DNA of 64,000 nucleotides from Candidatus Rariloculaceae bacterium. Its GTDB lineage: Bacteria; Pseudomonadota; Gammaproteobacteria; Steroidobacterales; Rariloculaceae. Below, piece by piece: positions 24,929-34,559 of the stretch. The position numbers were made by a program, and so were the translations under genes. Within the stretch, counting starts at the first letter, position 1. Every line of letters begins with the position of its first letter. Under the pieces are notes generated by a model. That model was not told where the DNA came from and did no database searches. It saw nothing but the letters and a program-made list of their open reading frames with translations. The stretch lies in the NCBI GenBank assembly GCA_965205045.1, contig OZ242031.1:62807-126806 (forward strand). Direction: 5' to 3'.

Positions 24929-25705
24929 TCACCGAATATAGGTTGCCCCGTTGACGTCGAGGGTTGCGCCCGTCAGGTGACGATGGGTCCCCTGGGCCAG
25001 AAACGCGATCAGCTTGCCCAGTTCCTCCGGCGGCACCCATTCGCGCATGGCGAGCGTATCGGTCACACCCTGAATGCCACCCTGCAGCTTCGCGAAATCC
25101 ACCGACATCCGGGTGCTGACGATTCCGGGAGCGATGATGTAGGCGTAGATGCCTTCCTTCGCGTGGGCTCGCGCCACGGACTGCGCCACCGCCTTTATGG
25201 CGGCCTTCGACGCCGCGTAGGCCAGCATCTTCGGATTGCTCGCCCCGCGCTGCGCAACCCAACTGGACATGAGGATGATCACACCCGCGCCACGGGTGCG
25301 AAAATGCCGAACCGCTGCACGCATCAGCCGCGCGGGCGCCTGCACGTTGACCTGGTAGTGGCGGCGCCAGGCGGCGTTCCACGCCTCCTCCGGGTCATCG
25401 AAACCGCCGCGCGGCTCCATCATGGCGGCATTCAGCACGAGCACGTCGATGTGCCCGCGCCAGGCCACGGCATCCGTCCAGACCTGCTCCACAACCGCAT
25501 CGTCTTCGAAGTCGCCGGACACGAAATGCCTGCGATCCGCCGGGACCTCACGCAGCAATTCGCGCGCCTTCTCGCGGTCGTCTTTCCTGCCCTGATGATG
25601 CGCGATCAGCCGCGCGCCGTGGCGGCACAGCACCCTCGCCGTCGCCGCGCCGATACCTTGCGACGATCCCGTCAGCAATATCGTCTTGTCGGCCAGGCTT
25701 GCCAC
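24929..25705 (-). CDS. SDR-family oxidoreductase
   Basis: 258 aa with TILLTGSSQGIGAATA (TGxxxGxG), NAAM, and catalytic YAASK. GTG start. Confidence 0.88.
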   Translation of the reverse strand: MASLADKTILLTGSSQGIGAATARVLCRHGARLIAHHQGRKDDREKARELLREVPADRRHFVSGDFEDDAVVEQVWTDAVAWRGHIDVLVLNAAMMEPRGGFDDPEEAWNAAWRRHYQVNVQAPARLMRAAVRHFRTRGAGVIILMSSWVAQRGASNPKMLAYAASKAAIKAVAQSVARAHAKEGIYAYIIAPGIVSTRMSVDFAKLQGGIQGVTDTLAMREWVPPEELGKLIAFLAQGTHRHLTGATLDVNGATYIR

Positions 25706-25794
25706 TTGGTGCGCTTCCTCCGATCAGGTCCACGGTGCGGCAAGGAAGCCGGGTCGAACCCCGGCCAGGGCATGCGACGCGCTGCCGCTCACCG

Positions 25795-26946
25795 CTACTC
25801 CGCCGCCGGCACGAGGCGAAACACCGTGCCCATGCCGGTGCCGAAATAGATCAGGCCATCCGGTCCCTGGCTGACGAAGGGAATACGCCAACCCTTGTCA
25901 AGCAGCAGCCGCTCCTCGTGCAGAACGTTCCTTCTCTCGATCACGAGCCGGTTGATATGCGTCCCCGCCAGCGCACCGATAAACAGATCGCCCCGCCACC
26001 CGGGGAAAGCGGAACCCGTATAGAACACCATATCGGACGGCGCGATCGACGGAATGTACGTGTAGAGCGGCTGTTCCATGCCCTCGTACTCCGTCAGACC
26101 CTCGCCGACGGGCTCGCCGCTGTATTCCAGCCCGTAGGTGATGACCGGCCAACCATAGTTTCGGCCGGGTTCGATGATGTTGATTTCATCGCCGCCCAGG
26201 GGGCCATGCTCGTGCGACCAGAGTTCTCCGGTGTCCGGGTGAACCGTGAGTCCCTGCGCGTTGCGGCTGCCGAGCGCCCAGACTTCCGGCAAGGCGCCCG
26301 GGACATCGGCATACGGATTGTTGGCCGGCGCACTCCCATCGTGATGGACCCGAAGAATCTTCCCCAGATGCGTGCCGGGGCTTTGGGCCAGGTGCCTCAG
26401 GTCCCACCGTTCCCCCAGGGAAATGAACAGGTGCTCCCCGCTGAACGCGAGCCGGCACCCGTAAACGATGGAATTGTGATACCAGGGCTGTGCCGCGAGC
26501 AGCCTTTCACGATCCGCGAATCGGCCCTCCGTCAGCCGAACCCGTTCCACCACCGTGGTGCTCAATTGCAAGTCACCGGCCGTGTAGCAGTAGTAGACCC
26601 AGCCGTTGTCGTCGAACGCCGGGTGCAGCACGACATCCAGCATCCCGCCGTTGTCCTTGATGAACACATCGTCCGGCCCGCCGGCAGGGGCCGCCAGAGT
26701 GCCATCGGCCAGATCGACGAGACGAATGCGGCCGGCGGCACGCTCGCTTATCAGCGCCCGGTTCCCAGGCAGAAATGCGATGGCCCAGGGAACCTGCAGC
26801 CCGTCCGCAACCTGCTCCAGTCGAAACGAAACCGCGCCGCTATGGATGATCTCGTCCGGCGGGACCTGCTGGCCGGTGACGAGCATCGGGAACAGCACCA
26901 CCGCTGCCACGGCGCCACGCACGAATTTTCCCGGCTCGCCGTTCAC
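25795..26946 (-). CDS. PQQ-dependent sugar dehydrogenase (soluble glucose/sorbosone dehydrogenase, sGDH/YliI-like), paralog 1
   Basis: Motifs are VPWAIAFLPGNRALISERAGRIRLV-type, LDVVLHPAFDDNGWVYYCYT, KILRVHHDGSAPANNPY and GPLGGDEINIIEPGRNYGWP. The start is proposed at GTG 26946, which overlaps the DUF885 stop as GTGA and leaves the signal peptide KFVRGAVAAVVLFPMLVTG. ATG 27039 or 27015 remain possible. Confidence 0.85.
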   Translation of the reverse strand: MNGEPGKFVRGAVAAVVLFPMLVTGQQVPPDEIIHSGAVSFRLEQVADGLQVPWAIAFLPGNRALISERAAGRIRLVDLADGTLAAPAGGPDDVFIKDNGGMLDVVLHPAFDDNGWVYYCYTAGDLQLSTTVVERVRLTEGRFADRERLLAAQPWYHNSIVYGCRLAFSGEHLFISLGERWDLRHLAQSPGTHLGKILRVHHDGSAPANNPYADVPGALPEVWALGSRNAQGLTVHPDTGELWSHEHGPLGGDEINIIEPGRNYGWPVITYGLEYSGEPVGEGLTEYEGMEQPLYTYIPSIAPSDMVFYTGSAFPGWRGDLFIGALAGTHINRLVIERRNVLHEERLLLDKGWRIPFVSQGPDGLIYFGTGMGTVFRLVPAAE

Positions 26947-28688
26947 GGGCGCGGCATCGGACTCCGATCTTCGATCATGCGCTGCACGTTCTCTCCATTG
27001 CCGGTCATCTCCCATCGCGTGAGTTCGATGGGCACCCACGCCGCGGCAACGAGATCGTTGTGAAACCGGCCCAGGTCGAAATCGGCGCCGAGTTGTTGCC
27101 GCAGTTCGGCCAGGAGGCGCTCGATCTGCAACTTGCCTATCAGGTACACGATTCCACCCGTGGGCGCAGCGAAGAAATCGTCGGCTTCCTCCCGCGCGAT
27201 ACGCCGGTCCATGGGTATCGTCATCAGCGCAGCCACCGCTTCATCGACGGTCATTTCACCAAGCGCCATTCTTACGTCCACAACCACGCGCAATGCACGC
27301 AGGCGCATGAAATTATAGATAAGCTCGCGGCTCTTCGGCCGCTCGTCATAATAGCCAAGCTGCATGGCCGTCTCTTCCCAGTATGTGGACCAACCCTCGC
27401 TCTTGAAGCGGTCGCGGTGACCCCTCCGGATCGGAGACGCGTGACGTGCGGACACGATGCCCTGGAGATGGTGCCCCGGAATTCCATCGTGGAAGATGTT
27501 CGTGCTCGGGTCGACCCGCATGATCGATTCCCAGTAGGTCTGCGTGTAGGGGTGATCCTCGGGCACCGAATACTTCACTACCCCGTTGCCCGGAGTCGAA
27601 TAACCGCTCAGGCCCGCCCACAGCGAAAACGCCTGGATGTAGTCGGGCATCTGCGCGCGGCGATACGGTCCCACGTAGTCCGGTATGTCGAGCGCCCCCT
27701 TGTCCTGGAGAAAGCGGCGAATTGCCCCGGCTTCCTCCTCCGTGCGCCGCGCATATTCGGCAGTCGTCAGCGCACCCGCCAGTGCGGGCAGGTCACGGTT
27801 TCGCGATTCTTCAAACGATGTGAAGGCGAGGAAACGCGCGTATTCCTGCTCGCCCAGACGGAGAATGTCTTCGGCATCGTACGGCAACAGCCAGATTCGC
27901 CGCAGAATCCAGTCGTACATCTCGCGCCCGATCGGGCGGGCACGCACCATTTCGGGCAACCGTTCCTCGATCCAGAGCCGATACGACGCAAGCGCCGCAC
28001 CCATTTCGATGGCCGCCGAGTCGAGTTCTCCAGCCCACTCTGCCGGGAAATGGGGCCTGAGTCCTTCCGCGAACGCCCTGCTGCCGGACTGTCCGTCGGC
28101 CAGCGTGGCCAGGGCCCAACCCGACATCTCGCGCGTCGGTTCCGTCAGGTTGCGTTTCGCCTGTTCGAGAATTGCCGGGACGCTCTTCATGTGCGCGACG
28201 ATTTCGGCCGCGCGAGCTTCCGTGAACGGCGGCGGTTGCTGCACGAGCCGGCCGAGCCCGCTGAGCGCCGCGCCGCTCAACATGCCGAAGGACGAAATTG
28301 ACGACAGGTAGAACGCGGGGCTTCGGGACGTGGCGCGGTAGACGTGCAGACCGTAGTCCAGCATGTCCAGTTCCGACCGGACTATCAGGTAGTCGACCTG
28401 GTCGGACATCGCCCAGCCTGCCGGGTCCAGGCCGTCGAAGCGGGACCGGAGTTCGGCCAGTCCCGCCTTCTGCCGCTCGACCGCGGCCGCCGAGAAGTCC
28501 GGAATCCCTTCGACGATTTCGGGTTGGCGCAGATCCTGCGCCGCCTGAAAGATCTGTATGAGTGCGTCCTGAGGGGATGCTGCCGTCTGGGATACCGCGG
28601 GCACCGCATACGATCCCGCCAGGAGCACCGCGAAAAGCCCCACGGAGGCCACCTGGGTGCGGTAGGATCGATTGCGCGTCCTGGTCAT
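26943..28688 (-). CDS. DUF885-family protein, paralog P1 (exported)
   Basis: 581 aa. The signal peptide is SVGLFAVLLAGSYAVPAVSQ. The DUF885 core motif is present as FHDGIPGHHLQ (Asp in place of the usual Glu). The conserved C-terminus is FHNDLVAAAWVPIELTRWEMTG. Confidence 0.85.
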   Translation of the reverse strand: MTRTRNRSYRTQVASVGLFAVLLAGSYAVPAVSQTAASPQDALIQIFQAAQDLRQPEIVEGIPDFSAAAVERQKAGLAELRSRFDGLDPAGWAMSDQVDYLIVRSELDMLDYGLHVYRATSRSPAFYLSSISSFGMLSGAALSGLGRLVQQPPPFTEARAAEIVAHMKSVPAILEQAKRNLTEPTREMSGWALATLADGQSGSRAFAEGLRPHFPAEWAGELDSAAIEMGAALASYRLWIEERLPEMVRARPIGREMYDWILRRIWLLPYDAEDILRLGEQEYARFLAFTSFEESRNRDLPALAGALTTAEYARRTEEEAGAIRRFLQDKGALDIPDYVGPYRRAQMPDYIQAFSLWAGLSGYSTPGNGVVKYSVPEDHPYTQTYWESIMRVDPSTNIFHDGIPGHHLQGIVSARHASPIRRGHRDRFKSEGWSTYWEETAMQLGYYDERPKSRELIYNFMRLRALRVVVDVRMALGEMTVDEAVAALMTIPMDRRIAREEADDFFAAPTGGIVYLIGKLQIERLLAELRQQLGADFDLGRFHNDLVAAAWVPIELTRWEMTGNGENVQRMIEDRSPMPRP

Positions 28689-28830
28689 GTCGTTTTCCGG
28701 CTGGCCACTGACCTTGAAGCCACAGCAGGGCCGATCGCTGTGGCCGGAGAGAAGTGATCGCGATGCGAACAGGCGTACGCAAAATTGTACACTACGGTCG
28801 TACCGTTACCTGCGCGCCATCGAACAGCGA

Positions 28831-29733
28831 ATGAACCCGAACGAAGAACCCTGGCGCTGGCCCGAAAACACGTGGCGCCGGGCAATAGGCCGCGTCAGGG
28901 CCGGCCGGCCGTTGCAGCCGTCCGCCTGGCCCGATGGCGCCCGTTGCGCGGTCGCTCTCTCGTTCGACTGCGATCACGAAACGTACGAACTGGGCAGGGG
29001 CCACAGCACGGTAGGCCGCCTGGCGTGGGGTGAATTCGGACGCCGGGTGGGCGTTCCCCGAATACTGAGCCTGCTGCGCCGGCACGATGTCCCGGCCAGC
29101 TTCTTTGAGCCGGCGGTGTGCGCGCTGATCGACCCCACCGAAACGAGGCGCATCGCGGACGCCGGTCACGAGGTGGGCATTCACGGCTGGATCCACGAGA
29201 ACAATTCCACGCTGGACGAAGCGACGGAACGCGAACTCATTTTACGTGCCCGGGACGTACTGGAGCGGCAACTCGGCGCAGCGCCGGTCGGCTTTCGGTC
29301 GGCGAACTGGGACCTGAGCCCCTACACGATCCGGATCGTTGCGGAACTCGGCCTGGAATACGACAGTTCCCTGATGGCGGACGAGGCCTGCTACGAACTG
29401 CTGGCAGACGGCCGGCCGACGGGTGTGGTCGAGGTTCCGGTGGAGTGGCTTCGGGACGATGCGGTCTACCTGATGTTCAACCGCGAGCCCGCCACCCGAC
29501 CGTGGATGTCCCCGGATGACGTATTCGGCATCTTCAAGCGGGAATTCGATGCAGCCTGGGAATCGGGAGGCCTCTTCCAGCTCGTCATGCACCCGTTCGT
29601 CATCGGGTATCGGTCACGAATCTGGATTCTCGACAGGCTGGTGGAGCACGCCAGGTCGAAGGGCGGCGTCTGGTTCGCCACCCATGCCGAGGTCGCGCGA
29701 TGGGTCAGGCAGGAGATGGAGACCGACGCGTAA
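28831..29733 (+). CDS. Polysaccharide deacetylase (NodB-homology) family protein
   Basis: The start is set at ATG 28831. WPDGARCAVALSFDCDHE plus HEVGIHGWIHE are NodB-type metal/catalytic motifs. The 300-aa size is PuuE-like. Confidence 0.8.
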   Translation: MNPNEEPWRWPENTWRRAIGRVRAGRPLQPSAWPDGARCAVALSFDCDHETYELGRGHSTVGRLAWGEFGRRVGVPRILSLLRRHDVPASFFEPAVCALIDPTETRRIADAGHEVGIHGWIHENNSTLDEATERELILRARDVLERQLGAAPVGFRSANWDLSPYTIRIVAELGLEYDSSLMADEACYELLADGRPTGVVEVPVEWLRDDAVYLMFNREPATRPWMSPDDVFGIFKREFDAAWESGGLFQLVMHPFVIGYRSRIWILDRLVEHARSKGGVWFATHAEVARWVRQEMETDA

Positions 29734-29742
29734 CGTCCCCGG

Positions 29743-31191
29743 TCATGGTTTCCATTGACCCTCCCGGATCAGCTCCGACTGCACCTCGTCGAGAGCCTCC
29801 CTGATGGTGTTGACAACAATGTCCAGCTCGCTTTCCTTGATGATGAGCGGCGGCGAAAACGCAAGCGTATCGGCATTGGGCAGTGCTCTTGTAAGGACGC
29901 CGGATTCGAGTGACTTTCCTGCAACCCTGGCAGCGACCGCAAGTTTCGGATCGAATGGTTCCGGCGGATCCCTGGATGCGACGAGTTCGACCGCACCAAT
30001 CAGACCGAACCCCCGGATCTCGCCGACGAGCGGGTGGTCGCCGAAGGCACGTTGCAGCCGCTCATGCAGGTATCGGCCGCGAACGCCTGCGACTGTAACG
30101 AGATCCTCGGCTTCGATGATGTCGAGATTCGCCATTGCGGCGGCAGCCCCGATGGGATGCGATGAATACGTGTAGCCATGTCCGAACACACCGAACCGCT
30201 TCTCGCCCTCGACGACCGTGCGCCAGACCGGCTCCGAAACGTAAACCCCGCTCAACGGGAAATACGCTGACGTGACGCCCTTTGCGACCGTGATCAGGTC
30301 CGGCTCGATCCGCAGAGCCTCGCTGCCGAACATGTAGCCGAGGCGGCCGAAACCGCAGATGACCTCATCGGCGATCAACAGTATGTCGTTCCGGGCGAGC
30401 ACGTCCTGAACCGCCTCATAGTAGCCGGGCGGTGGAACGATGACCCCGCCGGCGCCCATCACGGGTTCCAGGATCATCGCTGCGATCGTATCGGCGCGCT
30501 CCTCCGCGATCAGCCGTTCCAGGTCCCCGGTCAGCTTGTCGACAAACTGCGCATCGCTGAGGCCAAACCCCTCCCAGAGACGATGGGGCGCGATCGTATG
30601 CCTGACAAATGGCAACGGCTGGTCGAACCCCGCATGCACGCCCGGCAGGCCCGTCATTCCGGCAGACATGACGGTCACGCCATGGTAGCCGCGCTGCCGG
30701 GCAATGATCTTTTTCTTCTGCGGTTTACCCCGGACATTGTTGTAGTACCAGGCCAGCTTGACCTGGGTGTCGTTCGCATCCGAGCCCGAGTTGCCGAAGA
30801 AGACTTTCGACATCGGCACCGGCGCGTATTCGATCAACCGCCGCGACAGGAGTGCCGGCACGTCGCTGCTCATCGAGGAGAAACCATGGCAGTACGACAG
30901 CGACTCGGCTTGCGTGCGCAGCGCTGCGGAGATTTCCGTGCGGCCGTAACCGACGTTTACGCACCATAACCCGGCCATTCCGTCCACGTATCGACGTCCG
31001 GCGGCATCCTCGAGCCAGACGCCCTCGCCCCTCACCATGACGACCGGCGGGCCGTCCCGTTCATGCCGGGCCAGGGCTGTAAACGGATGGAAGTTGTACA
31101 GGCGATCGATATCGGCCAATGCCGATGCGAAACCCGGGGTCGACGCTGTTGCGCTCACGTTGTCATCGAGGCAGTCACCGGGAAGCAGCAA
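29743..31191 (-). CDS. Class-III (omega-type) PLP-dependent aminotransferase
   Basis: Motifs are [46 protein letters not shown] and the PLP-lysine context [17 protein letters not shown]. The start is uncertain: TTG 31191 or GTG 31158. Confidence 0.88.
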   Translation of the reverse strand: MLLPGDCLDDNVSATASTPGFASALADIDRLYNFHPFTALARHERDGPPVVMVRGEGVWLEDAAGRRYVDGMAGLWCVNVGYGRTEISAALRTQAESLSYCHGFSSMSSDVPALLSRRLIEYAPVPMSKVFFGNSGSDANDTQVKLAWYYNNVRGKPQKKKIIARQRGYHGVTVMSAGMTGLPGVHAGFDQPLPFVRHTIAPHRLWEGFGLSDAQFVDKLTGDLERLIAEERADTIAAMILEPVMGAGGVIVPPPGYYEAVQDVLARNDILLIADEVICGFGRLGYMFGSEALRIEPDLITVAKGVTSAYFPLSGVYVSEPVWRTVVEGEKRFGVFGHGYTYSSHPIGAAAAMANLDIIEAEDLVTVAGVRGRYLHERLQRAFGDHPLVGEIRGFGLIGAVELVASRDPPEPFDPKLAVAARVAGKSLESGVLTRALPNADTLAFSPPLIIKESELDIVVNTIREALDEVQSELIREGQWKP

Positions 31192-31236
31192 ACGGCGTTA
31201 TGCCGGAAGAATGAGGCTGCTCGCCGGCCGTTCGGC

Positions 31237-32937
31237 TCAGTTCAGTCGTTCGCGTTTCCAGAACTCGCGCACTTCGTCGTCGAGTCCGGTCATCTCCCAG
31301 CGGATCAGCGAAACCGGAAGGCGGCCCGCGTCCATGAACTCGTCGTGGAAATCCTTCAGCACGAAGTCGTCGCCCAGTTGCTGCCGCCGGTCCGACAGGA
31401 GACGCTGAACCTGCAACATTCCAACCGTGTATCCGAGACCGTATCCCGGCGGCCGCCGCAGGTAGATTTCGGCATCCACCCGCGCAACGTCCACGTCCAG
31501 CCACGGCGTGCGTTCCATCCACCAGGTAACGACCTCATCGACCGACATTTCATTCAACTGCAGCCAGACGTCGGCCGGTACCCGCGCCGCGCGAAAGATA
31601 CCGAATATGTAGATGAGTTCCCGCACACGGGGCAGATCGTCAATCACCCCGGCATTCATGATGCCCTCTTCCAGGTAGACCGCCCAGCCCTCCGTCCTGG
31701 CGCCGCTGGTGATCCTGCCGCGGATGGGGTGCGTGTTGTGGGACTCGACGACCGCGTCGAACCGGTGGCCGGGAATCACGGCGTGCAGGTGATCCGGAGT
31801 CGGGTTCCTGTACTGCACCTGTTCCCAGTAGTTCGGCCCGTTGGGACGCACGATCCACGGCACGTTCGTGTCGAGTTCGCCGATGTAGTCCGGGATCGTG
31901 ATGATCTCGTGCTCGACCAGGAAACTCCTGATCCGGCGGTCCGTTTCGGCAATCCGCTCCGCATACTCCTCCGCCGATGTCGGCAGATCAATCACCGGGA
32001 GGTTGCGGTTGCGGTGCTGCTCCAGCGCGTACACGCTCCACAGGCGGTCGAGTTCGCGAATGCCGAGTGTCACGATCTGGTCGGTGTCGTACGGCATCAG
32101 CTTGACGTGCTTCAGGTACCAGTTGAAATAATCCCGACCGACGCCGCCCTGACCGGTCATGGATTCGCGATTCTCCGTCAGCCAGGAGTGAAAGCCCGTC
32201 ACCGAATCCATGGCCGCGGCGATGTCGTCCGCCAGGTCCGGCTGTTGCTCGCGGGCCCGGCCGAGAAAGTCCTCGTACCAGCCGATGACCCCGGGTGGCG
32301 GCGTCGCGCGGTAGGGAAATCCATGCCCCACGCCGTCGGCGTTGGTCAGATTGAAGATGGCGAGATCCGCATAGTCCGCCGCGACCTCCGTCAGGTTCGC
32401 TTCGGCCTGGTCGATGAGAAGGGAAATGGCCTGCAGCCTGGTCACCAGGTCGGCGGTCTCCGCCTCCGACAGCGGCAGGTCAGCAAATGTGATGCGCAGC
32501 ATCTGGTCCACGTAGAATCCCGGATCGCGCGACCAGGGCCGGGATACGTTCAGCGTGAAGTCGTACTGGTCGAATCGCGACCTTACGGCCAGGTAGTCCA
32601 CCTGCCGGTCCAGCGCCCAGTCCACGACCGCCATGTCCTCGAGCCGATCCTGCAGATCGTCCATCGTCGCGCGCCGCTGTTCGACGGCGGCGACGCCGTA
32701 GTCGGGATAAACTTCCGCCGGCCTCCCCGCGATATCGCGAAGCGGTACGTCGCCGCTGGCGCGCTCCGGATCGCTGAATTCCAGAAACTCCTGGTAGAGC
32801 GCGACCAGGTCATCGTAGCCACCCGACCCGCCCGGCATCCCCTCCAGTTGAACGCCGTCGGACTGGCCCATCGAGGGCAGGGCCACGAGGGCGGTCGACA
32901 GGGCAAGCGCCTTTCCGAATGTCAGCCATTTTTTCAT
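31237..32937 (-). CDS. DUF885-family protein, paralog P2 (exported; non-canonical core motif)
   Basis: The start is set at ATG 32937 (MKKWLTFGKALALSTALVALPSMG), preceded by GAGGAAAAAACA. The core motif reads LHAVIPGHRFD. The C-terminus is FHDEFMDAGRLPVSLIRWEMTG. The listed ORF start at 33198 over-extends. Confidence 0.85.
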   Translation of the reverse strand: MKKWLTFGKALALSTALVALPSMGQSDGVQLEGMPGGSGGYDDLVALYQEFLEFSDPERASGDVPLRDIAGRPAEVYPDYGVAAVEQRRATMDDLQDRLEDMAVVDWALDRQVDYLAVRSRFDQYDFTLNVSRPWSRDPGFYVDQMLRITFADLPLSEAETADLVTRLQAISLLIDQAEANLTEVAADYADLAIFNLTNADGVGHGFPYRATPPPGVIGWYEDFLGRAREQQPDLADDIAAAMDSVTGFHSWLTENRESMTGQGGVGRDYFNWYLKHVKLMPYDTDQIVTLGIRELDRLWSVYALEQHRNRNLPVIDLPTSAEEYAERIAETDRRIRSFLVEHEIITIPDYIGELDTNVPWIVRPNGPNYWEQVQYRNPTPDHLHAVIPGHRFDAVVESHNTHPIRGRITSGARTEGWAVYLEEGIMNAGVIDDLPRVRELIYIFGIFRAARVPADVWLQLNEMSVDEVVTWWMERTPWLDVDVARVDAEIYLRRPPGYGLGYTVGMLQVQRLLSDRRQQLGDDFVLKDFHDEFMDAGRLPVSLIRWEMTGLDDEVREFWKRERLN

Positions 32938-33233
32938 TGTTTTTTCCTCAAATTGGATGAGTTCGAGCGTGGATACACCGGCCCCGCGGGTGGTCCTTCC
33001 ACTCGGGAAAAGACGCGGGACGGCGCCACCGGGCTCCGGCCCGACACCGCCTGGCACTGCGTCCGGTGATCTGCCTCCCGAGCGATTATACATGGCGAAG
33101 CAGCGTCGCCGGCCGGATGACGTGTTTGCGGGGCGCGCCCGCCGCCGGTTCGCCGCAGGCTGTTCCCGGGAGCGCAGTGTCCTCGGACTGGCAGACACTT
33201 TCAGGCTATGATCCGGGCATGGGAGGTAAGGTC

Positions 33234-34556
33234 ATGTTCGCGTACCGAAGCCTGCGGCGCGCCCCGGTGGCAGTGCTGCTGTGTTCATTGTTCGCTCACA
33301 GCATGGCGGCCGCGCAGGCGCCCCAGGCGACCGATGCGGCTGACGCGCCACGCCAGCGTGTACCGGGCCGGCCGGGCTCGGGTCCGGATACGCTCGCCGA
33401 CGCCGCGCAGGTCATCGACGAGAAAGGCCAGCGCCTGCGGGTCACCCCGCTCAAGGGCCTGGAGCGCCCCTGGGCCCTGGCCTTCCTTCCCGGCGGGGCG
33501 ATGCTGGTGACCGAGCGGCCGGGCCGCCTGCGGCGCGTGAACGCGGACTTTACGCTGGACCCGCAACCCATTGCCGGCGTCCCTGCCGTGCTGGCTTCGG
33601 CCTACAAGGGCCTGATGGATGTGGCGCTGCACCCAGGGTTCGCCGACAACCGGTGGGTGTACCTTACGTATTCCAGGCGCCTGCCCGGCGAAACCGATGC
33701 CGACTGGGATCAGTTGTACGGTCCCGCGGGAACCGCCGCGGTGGCGCGCGGCCGGTACGACGGCGCGCACGGACTCCGCGATGTCGAGGACGTGTTCGTC
33801 GCCGATGCCGCGACCAGCGGCGTGAGCGCGGTGCGTATCGCCTTCGGCGCCGACAGCAAGCTGTACATGAGTATCGGAGCGACCAACTACCTGCAGGCGG
33901 AGGGCGGCACCAACCGCGTCGGCAGCGCCCACCAGGCGCAGGACCCGGCCTCGCACGCGGGCAAGATCCTGCGCCTCAACGACGATGGCTCCGTGCCCGC
34001 CGACAATCCGTTCGTCAACGAGCCGGGTTACCGCCCGGAAATCCATGCCCTCGGCATACGCAACACGACGGGCATGGCGGTGCATCCCGGCACAGGGGCG
34101 CTGTGGGCCGTCGATCACGGCCCGCTGGGCGGGGATGAGATCAACATCGTGGAAGCCGGCCGCAATTACGGCTGGCCAACGGTCTCCTACGGGAGGTCCT
34201 ACAGCGGAGAACGGACCGGCGACGGATTCGGGCCGATACTCGCAAGTCCGTCGGCGCCGGGCATGGAAGATCCGTGGCTGCACTTCACGCCCAGCATTGC
34301 GCCAGGCGGTCTGGCGTTCTACGCGGGCGAGCGCTTCGGCGACTGGCAGGGTCACGCCTTCGTCGGTGGCCTGAGCGGAACGCAGCTTCACAGGGTTACG
34401 CTCACCCCGGAGGGTTTGCCCCGCGGCAGCCAGGCGCTGCTGCTCTCGCTGGAGCAGCGTATCCGCGAGGTTCGCGAGGGCCCGGACGGGCTGCTCTACC
34501 TGCTCACGGATCACGATCGTGGCGCGCTGCTGCGGGTCGAGCCGGCCGGGGACTGA
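33234..34556 (+). CDS. PQQ-dependent sugar dehydrogenase (sGDH/YliI-like), paralog 2
   Basis: The start is set at ATG 33234, with a GGGAGG SD 8 nt upstream. The signal peptide is MFAYRSLRRAPVAVLLCSLFAHSMAAAQA. Motifs are RPWALAFLPGGAMLVTERPGRLRRV, GKILRLNDDGSVPADNPF and GPLGGDEINIVEAGRNYGWP. Confidence 0.88.
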   Translation: MFAYRSLRRAPVAVLLCSLFAHSMAAAQAPQATDAADAPRQRVPGRPGSGPDTLADAAQVIDEKGQRLRVTPLKGLERPWALAFLPGGAMLVTERPGRLRRVNADFTLDPQPIAGVPAVLASAYKGLMDVALHPGFADNRWVYLTYSRRLPGETDADWDQLYGPAGTAAVARGRYDGAHGLRDVEDVFVADAATSGVSAVRIAFGADSKLYMSIGATNYLQAEGGTNRVGSAHQAQDPASHAGKILRLNDDGSVPADNPFVNEPGYRPEIHALGIRNTTGMAVHPGTGALWAVDHGPLGGDEINIVEAGRNYGWPTVSYGRSYSGERTGDGFGPILASPSAPGMEDPWLHFTPSIAPGGLAFYAGERFGDWQGHAFVGGLSGTQLHRVTLTPEGLPRGSQALLLSLEQRIREVREGPDGLLYLLTDHDRGALLRVEPAGD

Positions 34557-34559
34557 AGT

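Noticed and set aside
33190-33215. A sigma-54-like promoter (TGGCAG-N5-TTCAG) and a TATGAT -10 box upstream of sGDH-P2
   Set aside because: The -12 element lacks the conserved GC, and no matching -35 lies at the proper spacing from TATGAT. This is pattern noise until a transcription start is mapped.
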